From assembly GCA_951406725.2 (NCBI GenBank), contig OX597824.1, forward strand, positions 74,028,001 through 74,092,000: a DNA stretch of 64,000 nucleotides, given 5' to 3'. The notes under the pieces were generated by a model. That model was not told the origin of the DNA, ran no database searches, and worked only from the letters and a program-made list of their open reading frames with translations. Position numbers and translations under genes: made by a program. This stretch comes from Octopus vulgaris. Taxonomy: Eukaryota. Position 1 is the stretch's first letter. The number at the start of each line of letters is the position of its first letter. Shown piece after piece: positions 1 to 13,516 of the stretch.

Positions 1-663
1 GCGAGCTAGCAGAAACGTTAGCATGCTTAGTGGTATTTTACGTTCTGAGTTCAAATTCCACCGAGGTCGACTTTGCCTTTCATCCTTTCGAGGTCGATAA
101 ATTAAATACCAGTTGCGTACTGGAGTCGATCTTATCGACTGCCCCCTCCCCCAAAATTTCGGGCCTTGTGCCTAGGGTAGAAAAAAAATATTACAACCAT
201 TCATAATTAGCGAGGGCAGATTAAGTTAAGGAAATATAAATGACTTTACGTGACATTTACCAACATTGATATTTGAAGACAGAATAATTGAGAAACCATC
301 ACATAGAGGAAAATGGCATAACCAACAGCAGAATCTGACAGCTTTCTTTTTTAGCTAGATTTGCCCTTCTTTTTATATACTGTTAGTAAAAAATGTTCCA
401 GAACATTCTATAAGCCATTAGGCGGGAAGGTTTCAGCTCACCAATCGATCTCGTTGGCTGAGCCTCAATCGCGGGAGGTTAATCCTTTTTATGGTAGACG
501 TGCTTCGAAGCTGGGAAATATGAATGTGATATTTCAACACACGCTGCCATCTTGCTACTTCATCACCAATGCAAGTCCATTATTTATATCCATACTTCCA
601 AACCAGTTCTGAGATTCTTCAGCTCTCAGTTTCTTCTTGTGAACTGACAAGAGTTGATACAGA

Positions 664-887
664 GTTGGCAAAGGCGACGAGCTGGCAGAATCGTTAGCAC
701 GCCGGGTGAAATGCTTAGCGGTTTTTCGTCTGCCGCTACGTTCTGAGTTCAAATTCCGCCGAGGTCGACTTTGCCTTTCATCCTTTCGGGGTCGATAAAT
801 TAAGTACCAGTTACGCACTGGGGTCGATGTAATCGACTTAATCCCTTTGTCTGTCCTTGTTTGTCCCCTCTATGGGCAATAAAGAAT
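664..887 (+). mobile_element. SINE family A (GGCGGCGAGCTGGCAGAA head)
   Basis: B-box GTTCAAATTCC, conserved GACTTTGCCTTTCATCCTTTCGGGGTCGATAAA core, 15-bp TSD AAGAGTTGATACAGA. A variant copy lies at 1-185. Confidence 0.85.
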
Positions 888-1739
888 AAGAGTTGATACA
901 GATGCACTAATCGAATTCATAAAGCGACTGTATGGGAAAAGCAAACTAAGTGACATTGTATGTTCTGCGAAACTATGCGGTACCTTAATAGCACGCTTAC
1001 CTAGATGCCTATACAGCAAAACCGACACTATCTTCTCAATGTTCGTCGTAAACCCTTCTTCTGTAAAAGAGGATATAACTCGAAGCTGGTTCTTCTATCT
1101 GGCCTTGTTTCAGATAAAACAATCTAGGTTGTAGCGCGCTAATTCTTTGCCAAAAAGAACAGTTCGCTATTCTACTCCATCTGAGTTACGCGAATTCAAC
1201 CAAATTTGTTCATTCCAGCATTATCAAAACTGACGCGAAGGATGTTGTTCTTATCTCTATTTTCAAAGATGGATTTTAGGTACGTTGTGATAACAATCAC
1301 GAAAAATCCTTGATATCAGTTGTAGGTAAGGTCTATAACCAGAACACATCTTAATCGCTTGCTTACATTTATTTAATTCCAATCATTCTTTCCGAATTAC
1401 ATTGCGAGCTTTCGCCCAAGCTGTAAAATTATAGATATGACATACATAGCTCTGTAAAAGTGCATAAAACGATTTAATTTGGACCAGTATTTTATAAGCC
1501 TCCCAAAAACATTTGTCATTGTTAACAGGGAAGCTCTTTAGAATCCTCATTTCTCAAGTTTATCGTATTTATCATGGATGGTTCCGTTTTTGAAGTATTT
1601 AACGGTCAGATATCCTTCCTAATATCAATCATTTTAGCTGCTTCTTACAACATGTATAGACATGGATGCTGATAATATATTTGTCCTTTTTGATGGTTGT
1701 CTTCTCGATGTTGACATTATTTTCTCTACCTGCTTGCTT

Positions 1740-2030
1740 TCTTGCTTAATGCTCTTGATGTTAGTGGTCCCAGAGACGTCATTATGCATAAAACCGACCA
1801 GGTCCGTCAGTGCTTTCTATTGCTGGCGGTCCTGTGCTAGCCCCTCTACATCCTCCAAGGTGGCGTCGAGTCTCTGGAGATCTTCCTTATTCACGTCCAG
1901 CTATCTGATGCAGAGCCTCTTCCAGCCATATTTTTCTCACTTGATTTTTCTCTCAGTGATGGTTCCTTTTTGCTATCGTTGTGTCTCACATAGGTGTCGC
2001 TTCAAGCTTCACTGCTGTGTTACACCATGA
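1740..2030 (-). mobile_element. Decayed RTE-type LINE 3' end
   Basis: Minus-strand translation KEDLQRLDATLEDVEGLAQDRQQ*KAL resembles the RTE C-terminal A.DR..W motif. Confidence 0.45.
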
Positions 2031-2215
2031 CATCACAAATGATGACAGAATCAACACTTGTACTATATTTTAAAAATTTATCCGTAAGATTTTTTTCGGA
2101 AAAATAATTCTTTTTGCTTTGACAAAGGAATTCACTGAAACCGGGTCCATGACGTTGGGGAAAGAACATGGACGAAAGACATCTCTTAAGTCACTTTTGT
2201 TAATTTTAGCCGATT

Positions 2216-2277
2216 AATACATACATACATACATACATACATACATACATACATACATACATACATACATACATACA

Positions 2278-2313
<36 letters not shown>

Positions 2314-2770
2314 CACACATATATACATACATATATACATACATAAATAATACATACATACATACATACATACACACATACATACATACATACATACATA
2401 CATACATACATACATACATACATACATTCATTCATACATACATACATTCATACATTCATGCATACATACATACATGCATACATACATTCATGCATACATA
2501 CATACATACATACATACATACATACATACACACATACATACATACATACATACATTCATACATACATATATACATACATTCATACATACATACATACATA
2601 CATTCATACATTCATGCATACATACATACATGCATACATACATTCATGCATACATACATACATACACACACACACATACATACATACATACATACATACA
2701 TACATACATACATACATACATACATACATACATACATACATACATACATACATACATACATACATACATA
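2216..2770. repeat. (ATAC)n microsatellite
   Basis: Direct inspection. Confidence 0.97.
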
Positions 2771-3474
2771 GTGGTTGTCTACTCCTTATGCAGAATCTGA
2801 CCACCTCTTGTACTTACATCTTAGATTCATCATGGCATCTGATGTGGATTTTTAAACCCGACAATGTTTTAAAACTACACCCACATAAATTGAGTATCTG
2901 CTTTGGACCACCAAAAGCTGCAGTTAAGTTCTGATCTTTATGAATCATAGAATGTCTCTTGAGGCTTTCGTTAGATTTTCAGACCTTATGGCATACATGA
3001 CATTGACATGTATGCACAGATAGATTGGCAGAACAGTTGGTGGAGGTTCGTTTTCCATGGATCCGCAAATGAGATTTGAGCCCAGCAAAAAAAAAAACAA
3101 ACAAAACATGCATGATCTGTAACAGATTGTGCATACATACATACATGATGGCTGCCCCCTCGTTATCGAGTATGGCCATTGCACGAAGCTTAACTGTTAT
3201 TGGTGCTGTGATCGAATGTGACTTTTTAGCCCAGCTAAAGATCTGCAATGTCTTGTACAGAATTGGCTTGGCAACTAAGACCTTTACCGGTAATAGCCGG
3301 CTGTAGTTGTAACTGGGCTTCATGTACCTTTGCATGTCGTTTAAGTCCTCCTGCGAATTACACTCTCTTCCACATGCCCGACGGATATGATTAGTATGGT
3401 GTGTTACACCACCACCAGTGGCCAGGTTGTCACTCATACATACATACATACACATACATACATACATACATACA

Positions 3475-3505
<31 letters not shown>

Positions 3506-4524
3506 GTGTATGATATAGCTGGTGCTTTCATACTAAGCATTATGAAGTATCGACAGAAAAAGGATGGTGCAAACATACACCAACAAGGTCTCAGAGAAAC
3601 ATGCCAAGCCACACGGACCGGGAGTTTTAGACCAATTGAACAGATATTATCAAAGACCACGAAGTAAGAGAATTCTTCCTCGTCAAATTGGCACTCCCAG
3701 TTACATAATTTATCTTCAAAAGAAATTTGGAAATTATCCATCCACATATCTGTTATGGAGTGGTTACCAGAATGTAATGATTGTTTATGTTGAAAGCGAA
3801 GATGATAATGTTGATTCCAGGAAAGAAAGATAATCTCCGAAGTTGTGGTTAATATATTTATTTCTCCGTTACATTTAATTAAAGCCAAACCACGACGAGC
3901 AGGCGTGTATAAAAACAGGCAGAAAGCATACGAAGTAACAAGAGTTATATTTTCCTGTATGAATGTTGCTGCTTTCGTGCTTAACTACTTGATGCTAAAC
4001 AGGGATCAGAAGAAGACAGAGTGTATCTAAGTTTAACAAGTGGATAGCGTTAGACTTACATGTCCCGGGTCATTTAAACTGCAGACGGAGAGAGAGAGAG
4101 AGAGACAGGCAGAGTGATGTTGTCGAAACGAAAGTGAATTAGTGAGAAGGGGTGAGTGAGTGGTGGACAAGACAGCTGTATCACTGGTTGATTCCATAGC
4201 TGTCCTCCTATGACGTTTCTTCGGTCGAGACGGCGTTTCGTTCGAGCCGGTCAGTCTATTCCTCGTTAGTTGCCCTCACTAACTGAGTTTTCCTTGGAGA
4301 ATGCAAGTATCTATGACTATACAGACTAGCTAGAAAGATGGATATACTATTCTGACAATGGTTAAATTAATGTAGGTCGCTCCTCATCTATTTCGACTTT
4401 TCATGGCATAGAAAAAGTTAAGAGTCAAGTGGAAAGCACGTATATCAGCGTTTATCCCTGACAGAATGGCTAGGGAGAATTTACAGATTCAGTTTCGAAT
4501 CTCAGGAAGAGCCAAGCGAGGTCC

Positions 4525-5470
4525 CATCCATCAATCTTCTCTGCTTACCATTCCAGTGAGACTCGTGGCGGTAAAGTCCTCAGGCACCTCCTCCATAGAG
4601 TCCTGGTCCTATCAGAAGCAACCGTGGATCTTTTCGGTTTGAACGGCAGTTTTTAACATAATTTCTAGGTAACTAAAAAAATTTAAACTTCGTATACTGG
4701 TAGAATGTATTTATAAAACATCTTTTTCTCTTGGCTTTATTGAAAAAATTCTATAGTTTGTAAGATATTTGTTGTTTTTTTTCTTCAATTTCTGCAATTT
4801 CAACCAATCAATGACGTCTATTTGAGGTAAAACATTCTGTGCCGTATGAATATGTCCCTCGTTTAAGAAACAGATTGGGTTTATTTACATTTGTGAAGAA
4901 AAAAACAGATACTTTTCCCCCACCCCTAACCCTAAAACATATTGAAATGCAATAGATCGATACTAGGGTCATAATTATGGTGACACCGCTAGAAAAAACT
5001 GTTGTTCAAACCGAAAAGATCCGCAACCGTTATTATACTTGCCGGCTGGACTCCCTTGCACGACCAACTTGAGATTATGGATATTAACCAACCATTTCAT
5101 TCTTGGTCTACTCTTAAGTCTCCTGTCGGTTGCTTCTGCTTGAAGAATCCGTCTTGCAATTCTTTCTAGTGATATTCTAATCACATGCTCTTAGAACTGA
5201 AGCTGTGACCTTTCAATGCAGAGAAGAATCGGCTCGACATCGAGGCGTTCCCTGATTTCCGAGTCGTGCATCCTGTCGAGTAGCGTTACTCCAGAGATCC
5301 TTCTGAGTAGCCTCGTTTTGGCTGCTTGCTTTCGTGATCGTCTGCTTGCTTTCGTGATCGTCTGCTTTCAGTCATTATCCAACATTCATAACCATAAGTG
5401 AGGATTTGTACGAAAACCAAATTGAAAATAGCATGCTTGGCTTTTTTTTCACAGGCCTGTCCTCCCCTGA
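4525..5470 (-). mobile_element. Decayed RTE-type LINE 3' end (split by a MITE)
   Basis: RISLERIARRILQAEATDRRLKSRPRMKW motif. Homologous to 19107-19620. Confidence 0.7.
4626..5022. mobile_element. Merlin-like MITE
   Basis: TIR GGATCTTTTCGGTTTGAAC.../...GTTCAAACCGAAAAGATCC with 8-bp TSD GCAACCGT. Inserted in an RTE fragment. Confidence 0.85.
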
Positions 5471-5505
5471 GTATCGAAAGCTAGTTATGTCACATTATTG
5501 AGCCA

Positions 5506-6262
5506 AAGGCGGCGAGCTGGCAGAAACGTTAGCACGCCGGGCGAAATGCTTAGCGGTATTTCGTCGGCCGCTACGTTCTGAGTTCAAATTCCGCCGAGGT
5601 CGACTTTGCCTTTCATCCTTTCGGGATCGATTAAATAAATACCAGTTACGCACTGGGGTTGATATAATCGACTTAATCCGTTTGTCTTTCCTTGTTTATC
5701 CTCTCTCTGTTTAGCCCCTTGTGGGTAGTAAAGAAATAGGTATTTCGTCTGCCGCTACGTTCTGAGTTCAAATTACGCTGAGGTCGACTTTGCCTTTCAT
5801 CCTTTCAGAGTCGATTAAATAAGTATCAGTTACGCACGCGCATGGCTCAGTGGTTAGAGCGTCGAGCTTACGATCGTGAGGTTGTGAGCTCGAATCCCGG
5901 ACGGGGCTGCGTGTTGTGTTCTTGAGCAAGGCACTTTATTTCACGTTGCTCCAGTTCACTCAGCTGTAGAAATGAGTTGCGACGTCACAGGTGCCAAGCT
6001 GTATCGGCCCTTGCCTTTCCCTTGGACAACATCGGTGACGTGGAGAGGGAGGCCGGTATGCATGGGCGACTGCTGGTCTTCCATAAAACAACCTTGCCCA
6101 GACTTGTGCCTCAGAGGGTATCTCTCTAGGTGCAAACCCATGGTCAGTGCCTGACCGAAGGGGGTCTTTACCCTTTTTTACGCACTGGGGTCGATATAAT
6201 CGACTTAATCCGTTTGTCTGTCCTCTCTGTGTTTAGCCCCTTGTGGGTAGTAAAGAAATAGG
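5506..6262 (+). mobile_element. SINE family A tandem dimer with a nested family B SINE (5838-6177)
   Basis: Outer 20-bp TSD TATGTCACATTATTGAGCCA and inner 8-bp TSD TTACGCAC. Confidence 0.85.
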
Positions 6263-7032
6263 TATGTCACATTATTGAGCCAGCATCTATATTTCTAACA
6301 ATTATCCAATGTAAATATATGAAACAGAGTGAAGAAGATTTGAAACAGCAGGAACAATCCTTTTAATAATAGGGGCCTTGAGAATGATTAAGCAATTATG
6401 ATGGCGTACGTAACTAAAACTTTCGTACATAAAACATACAGCAAAATCACACGACCAGACCACCAAGCTTATTAAATATACGCTTATTAAATAGAGGACT
6501 TTCAACACAATGGAAAACACATATAATAGCAACAACACAACAGCACTTCACCTACCCAAAGTATTCTGAGCTATGCTCGGTTTATTAGTGATAGCATTGC
6601 AATAAGAATAAGACAAGTATAACATTACAACACAACCAACATCCTTATATCTTTGAAACAACTTCATAACAACAGCTGATAATGGTGACACAAGGAATAG
6701 TCTTTCTGCATAACCACTTGTTTTCTGGGTTGTTGTTTTTTTTGTTTGTTTTTTTTGTTGTTGTTGCTTTTATCATTTCTTTTTGCACTTTCTTCTCATT
6801 TATAAACTGCTATTGTCGGTATTCTCCAACCACCAGCACCACCGCTACCACCACCTGCACCACCAGCATCAGCACCATTGCTACTTCTCATCTCCTTTCT
6901 ACTGAATTTTTAACCTTTCTTCATTTCATTCCCGTTACCGAAGTCAGAAGAACATTCATAACGCATTATATATATATATACACATATACTATACATATAT
7001 ACATACATGTCTGTGTGTGTGTGTGCGCGTGC

Positions 7033-7081
<49 letters not shown>

Positions 7082-7269
7082 CATATATATATACATACAT
7101 AGAGAGAGAGAGAGAGAAAGAGAGAGCGAGAGAGATGCCTGTATGCATATATATATGCTTATGTGCACATGTGTATATATATATGTGTATATATATACAT
7201 ACATATATAGAGAGAGAGTTGCCTGTATGCATATATATATGCATATGTGCACATGTGCATATATTTATT

Positions 7270-7336
<67 letters not shown>

Positions 7337-7473
7337 ATATTCTCATTATTGGAAACCTAAAAGCAAATTAACGAATTGAGGAACGATAAAATTCCAGCAT
7401 TGGCCTTTTGTTGTTTCGTACAGATACTCTGGTGTAAGATTACATCCACTGATTACTTGAAACAACAACAACA

Positions 7474-7510
<37 letters not shown>

Positions 7511-7516
7511 ATACTG

Positions 7517-7553
<37 letters not shown>

Positions 7554-8029
7554 TTGTCCTTCGCGATGTGTTAACCAACCAAACTTTCCTCAAATCTTGG
7601 ACTGCAGGCCATGGAGGGGGGCAAGCCAGACGGGATAGTCTTATTTGGAAAGCTTTTGATCATGAGTCTGGACGATCGAAGCTGACCTGGGACTAAACAA
7701 CAGCGACAACGGTTTTGGAGGGTCCTGCGAAGGGGGGGAGGGGTGATTAATTCTGCTTTTCCAAATCAAATAATGGGCAATGATTTAGGTACGAAGCCAG
7801 CGATTTTGAGGAGAGAGGACAAGGCGATATCATGAACTTCACTACAAAACTGATACTTAATTCTAGCGACCCTAGATGAAAGGCAAAGTTGACCTGGGCG
7901 GGATTTGAACTCAAAACGTAACGAACTGGAACGAATACTGCAAAGCACTCTTTACCGACGCTCTAACGATTCTGCCAGCCCCTTTTCCCAGTCTTTTCCA
8001 AATAAAATAATGAAAAACATAGATAAATA

Positions 8030-8351
8030 CATAATGGCTCAGTGGTTAGAGCGTCGGACTCACAATCACGAAGTAGTGAGTTCGATTCGCGGACCGGGCT
8101 GTGTGTTCTGTCCTTGAGCAAGACACTTTATTTTATGTTGCTCCAGTTCACTCCGTTGTAGAAATGGTGCCAAGCTGTATTGGCCTTCACCTTTCCCTTA
8201 GATAACATCGGTGGCGTGGAGAGGGGAGGCTGGTATGTGTGGGCGACTGCTGATATCTCATAAAAAACCTTTTCCGGACTTGTGCCTCAGAGGATAATTT
8301 TGTAGGTACAATCCCATGATCATTCGTGACCGAAGGGGGTCTTTACCTTTT
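8030..8351 (+). mobile_element. SINE family B (tRNA-derived head)
   Basis: A-box TGGCTCAGTGG, B-box GTTCGATTC, CTTGAGCAAGACACTT core. Homologous to 5838-6177. Confidence 0.8.
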
Positions 8352-8392
8352 ATCATGTATGTATGTATGTATGTATGCATGCATGCATGCAT

Positions 8393-8427
<35 letters not shown>

Positions 8428-8504
8428 CACACGTACGTATGCATGTAGGTATGTGTGCGTATATATATTTATGAATATATATATTTGATAATATATATAT
8501 TTGT

Positions 8505-8544
<40 letters not shown>

Positions 8545-8780
8545 ATGTGATAAGAAGCTTGCTTCCCAACTACATGGTTCCGGGTTCAGTCCCACTACGT
8601 GGAACCTTGGGCAAATTTCTTTTTCTGTAGCCTCGGGCCGACCAAAGCCTTGTGAGTGAATTTGGTAGACGGAAACTGAAAGAAACCCGTCGTATATATA
8701 GAAGTTTGAAAAGTTAAGATATACAAATTGTTAGATCGACATGTGCTCTAACGCTCTGTGCATCTAGAATAAGGAAGGCG

Positions 8781-8858
8781 TCCCGCTGACGAACCTTGCC
8801 TTGGCAAACATATTCTGTCTGTTTTGCGAGAAAGGGGTAGAAACTGATCAGTCCGGGA
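8781..8858 (+). ncRNA. Type I hammerhead ribozyme-like motif in a short Penelope-like element
   Basis: Stem I TCCCG/CGGGA, core CTGACGA...GAAA, palindromic stem III ACTGATCAGT, GTC cleavage triplet ending at 8853. Stem II ACC/GGT has a long loop and one extra A. Confidence 0.6.
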
Positions 8859-8967
8859 TATATCGTTAATGGTAAATGTTTTTGATTTTTATTCTCTCCA
8901 TGAATTTATCCCTCTTTGTGTCTCTAGCACTAAGCTTCCTTATTTGGGGAGCCTTTTATTATATATA

Positions 8968-9014
<47 letters not shown>

Positions 9015-9192
9015 ATATATTATATACATAATATATTACTTTACTCGGTAGTCAAGATAAAACTCTGATTTTCATCTGAAACTCAGAGTTTTATCTTGAC
9101 TACCGAGTAAAGTAACATATTGTATAGATAAATTTCCTCTATTTACATAATATTGAGGTCTCTTTCTTTCTTTTGTTATCTTACCGTTTTAT

Positions 9193-9254
<62 letters not shown>

Positions 9255-10589
9255 ACCTCTATTTGGTTGCTCAACCTGCTAGCAGTCAAATCTCCTTCAA
9301 TGCACATTGGGTTCGAGATAACTATATACAAAAAACATAGAAGAGAAAAGTAAAGAAAAGCGCATTGTATGAAAAGGTGGTACTGGCATGGTTGGAAATC
9401 CTTTGGTTATATATGTGTGCTTGATCAGGATTGGCTGACCTGGGTTGAACAACACTGAAATAGAGCATGGGAGGGGAAGGAGGAGGAGGAGGAAGAGGAG
9501 GGATTGTCCATGACCTTCTTGAATGTAACCACAGGCTGCTGGTGATCCACATGCGCGTATGGATGTATGTATGTGTGTGTTGTGTGTGTGCTTGTGAATG
9601 CCGATGTGTTGATGTGTGGATGTGTGTGGTTATATGTGTGGTTGTGTGTGATTGTTTGTTTGCGTGCGTGCGTGTGTGTGTGTATAAATGTGGATGCATT
9701 GATGTCTGTCGTGGTGGATGTGTTGATGTGTGTGATTGTATGTGGTTGTTTGTGTGACTGTGCGTGCTTGCGCGTGTGTGTGTGTATGTGTTGATCTATC
9801 AATCAAATACGTTCCAACTGTGACTATCTCGTCATTTTGTTTCTTCATGAAGAGAAAGAATCCTAAACCACATTACAAAGTGTCATTTTTTAAAGACGGT
9901 GACAGTGTTTGTTGACGATTTGACAGAGAAAGAGAGAAAGAGAGTGATTTTGCTGTTATTTCTAGCACATCCAACAACCACGTACAGGTTCCCTTGTAAG
10001 ATGAGAGACACAGTAAGAATGAAGGGAGACAAGTAGAGATAAAGAAGGCTAGAGAGAGAGAGAGAGAGAAAGAGGGAGAGGTTGAGAGATAGGGAGGGAG
10101 GGAGGAAGGAAGAGAGGAGAAGCAGATGCAACAGCTGCACTCGATTATCTTTACTTCAGGCTTGATTAGTGACTGGCCTACTACACAGCTCAAGATCCAT
10201 AATGCAGCACGTCTCACCGCTGCCCCTGCTGCTTCTGCTGCTGCTGCTGCTGCTGACACCGTGTTGTCAACCTTGACCTTTTGCATACAGCCCCACCACC
10301 TTCCAACTGTTTCTTCGACCATAAATCTATTATTCCCCGCTTTTATTTGTTTTGTAGTGGATTCTCCGTCAGTATCGACGATCCGCGTTCACTTGTTAGA
10401 TTAATAGGATTTCTACACAGTGAAATCAATGTTGTTAATAAGCGTTGTTTGTTCATTGGTCTCTGTTGGTCAAGACTGACCATCATGTCATCTGCTCATG
10501 TAAGCGCGGGCTTGGTCAAGATCTCTTTTGCAGCCACATGGTCTCGGTTTGGGGTCCAGTCCCAATGCGTGGCACCTTGGGCAAGTGTT

Positions 10590-10800
10590 GGTTCTTTTCG
10601 GTTTGAACGGCAGTTTTTTAAAATAATTTCCGCGTAGCTAAACACTTTTAAACTTCGTGTACTGGTAGAATGTGTCTATAAAACATCTTTTTCTCTTGGC
10701 TTTATTGAGAAAATTCTATCGTTTGTAAGATATTTGTTGTTTTTTTTCTTCAATTCCTGCCATTTCAACCAATCAATGACGTCTATTGAGTTGAAAACAT
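10590..10800. mobile_element. Merlin-like MITE, left half only, inside a SINE
   Basis: Left TIR and about 210 bp match the family. The right half was deleted together with the middle of the host SINE. Confidence 0.75.
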
Positions 10801-12243
10801 GTGTCTCTTTGTGCTTGTCTCTCCCACACCGCTCAACCACCGATGCTGGTTTGTTCATGTCCGCGTAATAAAGTAGTTCAGCAAAAGAAATCGATAGAAA
10901 AGTACCATACTTAAAAATAAGTATCGGCATCGATCTGTTCGACTAAAACTCTTCATAGTGGTGTCCCAGCATGGCCGCAGTTTAATGGCTGAAACAAGTA
11001 AAAAAATAAGACAGGTATTTACTCACGATAGAGATGTTTACTTAAGAGAAAGTCCATCGACTTGGATCGATACAGCTTGGTACCCGTGTCGTTGCAGGGG
11101 TTGCTGTTAGAATTTAAAGAGCCAGAACAGAAACTGCAAGGCGTTTTTGCTCGGCACTCTAACAGTCGGCCTGCCCAAATTCGCATTGTTTTTGTTTTTT
11201 TTTATCGATCATGAAAGATAAAAAGCAAAGTAGATCTTGAGTGGATTTGAACCCAGAACACTAAGAGCCAAAATAGATACTGTTCCATCAATACACCTCC
11301 AACAGTTCCATCAATGCTCCTCACTAAAGTGTTACGTTTTCTATCGACCGCGAAGAGTTGAAAGGCGAAGGTGACCTCAGCCAGATATGAACCCAGGACA
11401 CAAAACGCCGAACCAATCAACGCTCAAACAATTCTACCAATTTGCTACCTTACAGACATATTAAGCAATTCACAGGCCGAATCAGTATGGCATCATGTGA
11501 CACTGACAGACAGTAATGGTAATAAGGATGGAATCGCAGGGAGCATGGCGTTACCAATCTCCTTCTCAGCCTACAGAGTGAAGAGAGGAGTTACAGCACC
11601 TAATACCCACCTCTTTCACAGCTTCAATCTCGTGGACTTTTGTATCTGAAACTTATTTGAATCACCGGTAACAACTGGACACTTTAAATTGCTGGTACGA
11701 TCCAGAGACAATGCGAAGAATCTACTCCAATTTTGGTAACTTATTTGTCGACTTTGAAAGAATAAAAGCAAAGGTAAAGTTGACGTCGGTGCGATTTGAA
11801 CTCAGAACGCAATGAATTAGAATGGATACTACACGCCATTTCAACTGTCGCTTTAACGATTCTGCCAATTCACCACTCTGAATATTTGTTTCTATGGTAG
11901 ACACAGGGCCTAAATTTTGAGGGCAGGAGTTTAATTGATGAAATCGATATAATAAAGTATTAGATTCGTACTTTATTATATCGTTTCCTGAGAGATAAAA
12001 GGCAAAATTGACCTCAGCGTGCAGAGAGCCGAAACGAGTACCACAAAGGCAAGTAATCCGGTAGCTTTAACGATTTTGTTAATTAACTATCTGTTTTGTT
12101 TTTTTTTTTTTATTCGGTTTTGCATTGTAATTTAATGTAATTTTGAGATCGGCATAAATTAAATGAATCATTTTCTCTAATCATCCAGAGATGAACAGAG
12201 AAGGCGGAGGTGAGGTATGATGCGACAGCTGAGCTGAATTGTA

Positions 12244-12813
12244 CTAGGAGGTGCTGAAAAGTTCTTGGCTTTGTGTAAAAGAAAAAAACAGGAAGATCAG
12301 TAAATTATGATTTTATTCAACACTAGCAGTATCGCCCGGCGTTGCTCGGGTTTGTAAGGGAAATAACTATATAAGCATTTTTAGAGATGTAAAGTATAAT
12401 AGCCATCTCAATATGGCTAACCACAAAGGGGGTGTTACTGTAGCTTTTTACGTTCTGAGATTTAATAATACATTTTTAGAGAGTTACTTCCCTTATATAT
12501 GCCAAAAATGCATTAAAAATGGGAAAAAATTATGGTAAATTTTTTTTTAAATCGTAGACGCGCGCTACTACCCAGAAGGGCTCGATATGAATCACGACTA
12601 TAAGATACCCGCTTTTGGTTAAACTGCACCGCAAAATGTGGGAGTAGTTAGGAATCTAAATCACTTTTATATATATAGATATTCCTCTCTCAGATTTTTA
12701 TTGCAGTGGTACTTCAGTTTTTCTAGACCCTGTAAAAAAAAACGGGAAGGTTGGGCCTCCAGCTAGGCCTTTCGCGACACCCTTAAACCCAGGAACTTTT
12801 CAACACCTCCTCG
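12244..12813. mobile_element. Tc1/mariner MITE hosting a Helitron
   Basis: TIR CTAGGAGGTGCTGAAAAGTTCTTGG / CCAGGAACTTTTCAACACCTCCTCG, flanked by TA. Confidence 0.75.
12323..12679 (-). mobile_element. Non-autonomous Helitron nested in a mariner MITE
   Basis: 5' TC, 3' CTAG, subterminal hairpin CCCGAGCAACGCCGGG, A|T insertion site, no TSD. Confidence 0.82.
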
Positions 12814-13065
12814 TATTAGTTGGTGATTGTTAAAAATTTATTCACTGCGGCACAGTACTGTATACAGGATGGGAAACTCAGTCCTGTCTTGTTTCTTTGT
12901 GTTACTTCACTAATTAAACAGATGAGGGCAAAAGATTGGCAGAATCGGTAGAGCTTTAGATAGAATGCTTTGAAGTAATTAGTTACGATTAAATATGTTC
13001 TTGAGAAGGCATTTGAGCAATGAATAGGCTACCTGGTTCTCGAATTCCAGTCAGGGGAGCACATT

Positions 13066-13516
13066 GGCATCTCTTCGGTTTGAACGGCAGTTTTTTTTAA
13101 TAATTTCCACGTAACTAAACACTTTTAAACTTCGTATAATGGTAGAATGTGTTTATAAAACATTTTTTTCTCTTGGCTTTATTGAGAAAATTCTATAGTT
13201 TGAAAGATATTTGTTGTTTTTTTCTTCAATTTCTGCCATTTCAACCAACCAATGACGTCTATTGAGGTGAAAACATTCTGTGCCGTATGAATATGTCCCT
13301 CGTTTAAGAAGCAGATTGGGTTTATTTACATTTCTGAAGAAAAAAAGATACCCTTCCCCCCACCCCTAATCCTAATCCTAACCCTAACTAACCCTAACTC
13401 TAACCCTAACCCTAAAACAGATTGAAATGCAATAGATCGATACTAGGGTCATAATTATGGGTGACAATTTCATATGACACCGTTAGAAAAAACTGCCGGT
13501 CAAACCGAAAAGATCC
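13066..13516. mobile_element. Merlin-like MITE with expanded CCCTAA tract
   Basis: Both TIRs present. Flanked by a 91-92 bp direct duplication. Confidence 0.85.

Noticed and set aside
200-1300. Possible decayed transposase (LPFF, PFYGR and FIKRLYGK fragments)
   Set aside because: The fragments are too short and disrupted to assign by eye. A profile search would be needed.
6553-6720. Possible minus-strand exon ending at G|GTAGGT
   Set aside because: No recognisable protein, no clear acceptor and no partner exon.
9873-10404. Poly-Ala ORFs on both strands
   Set aside because: They are driven by (GCT)n and (GA)n repeats with no domain. The region may be regulatory, but that is unsupported.
13363-13415. 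True telomere or chromosome-fusion relic
   Set aside because: The CCCTAA tract is internal to a dispersed MITE and is short and degenerate.
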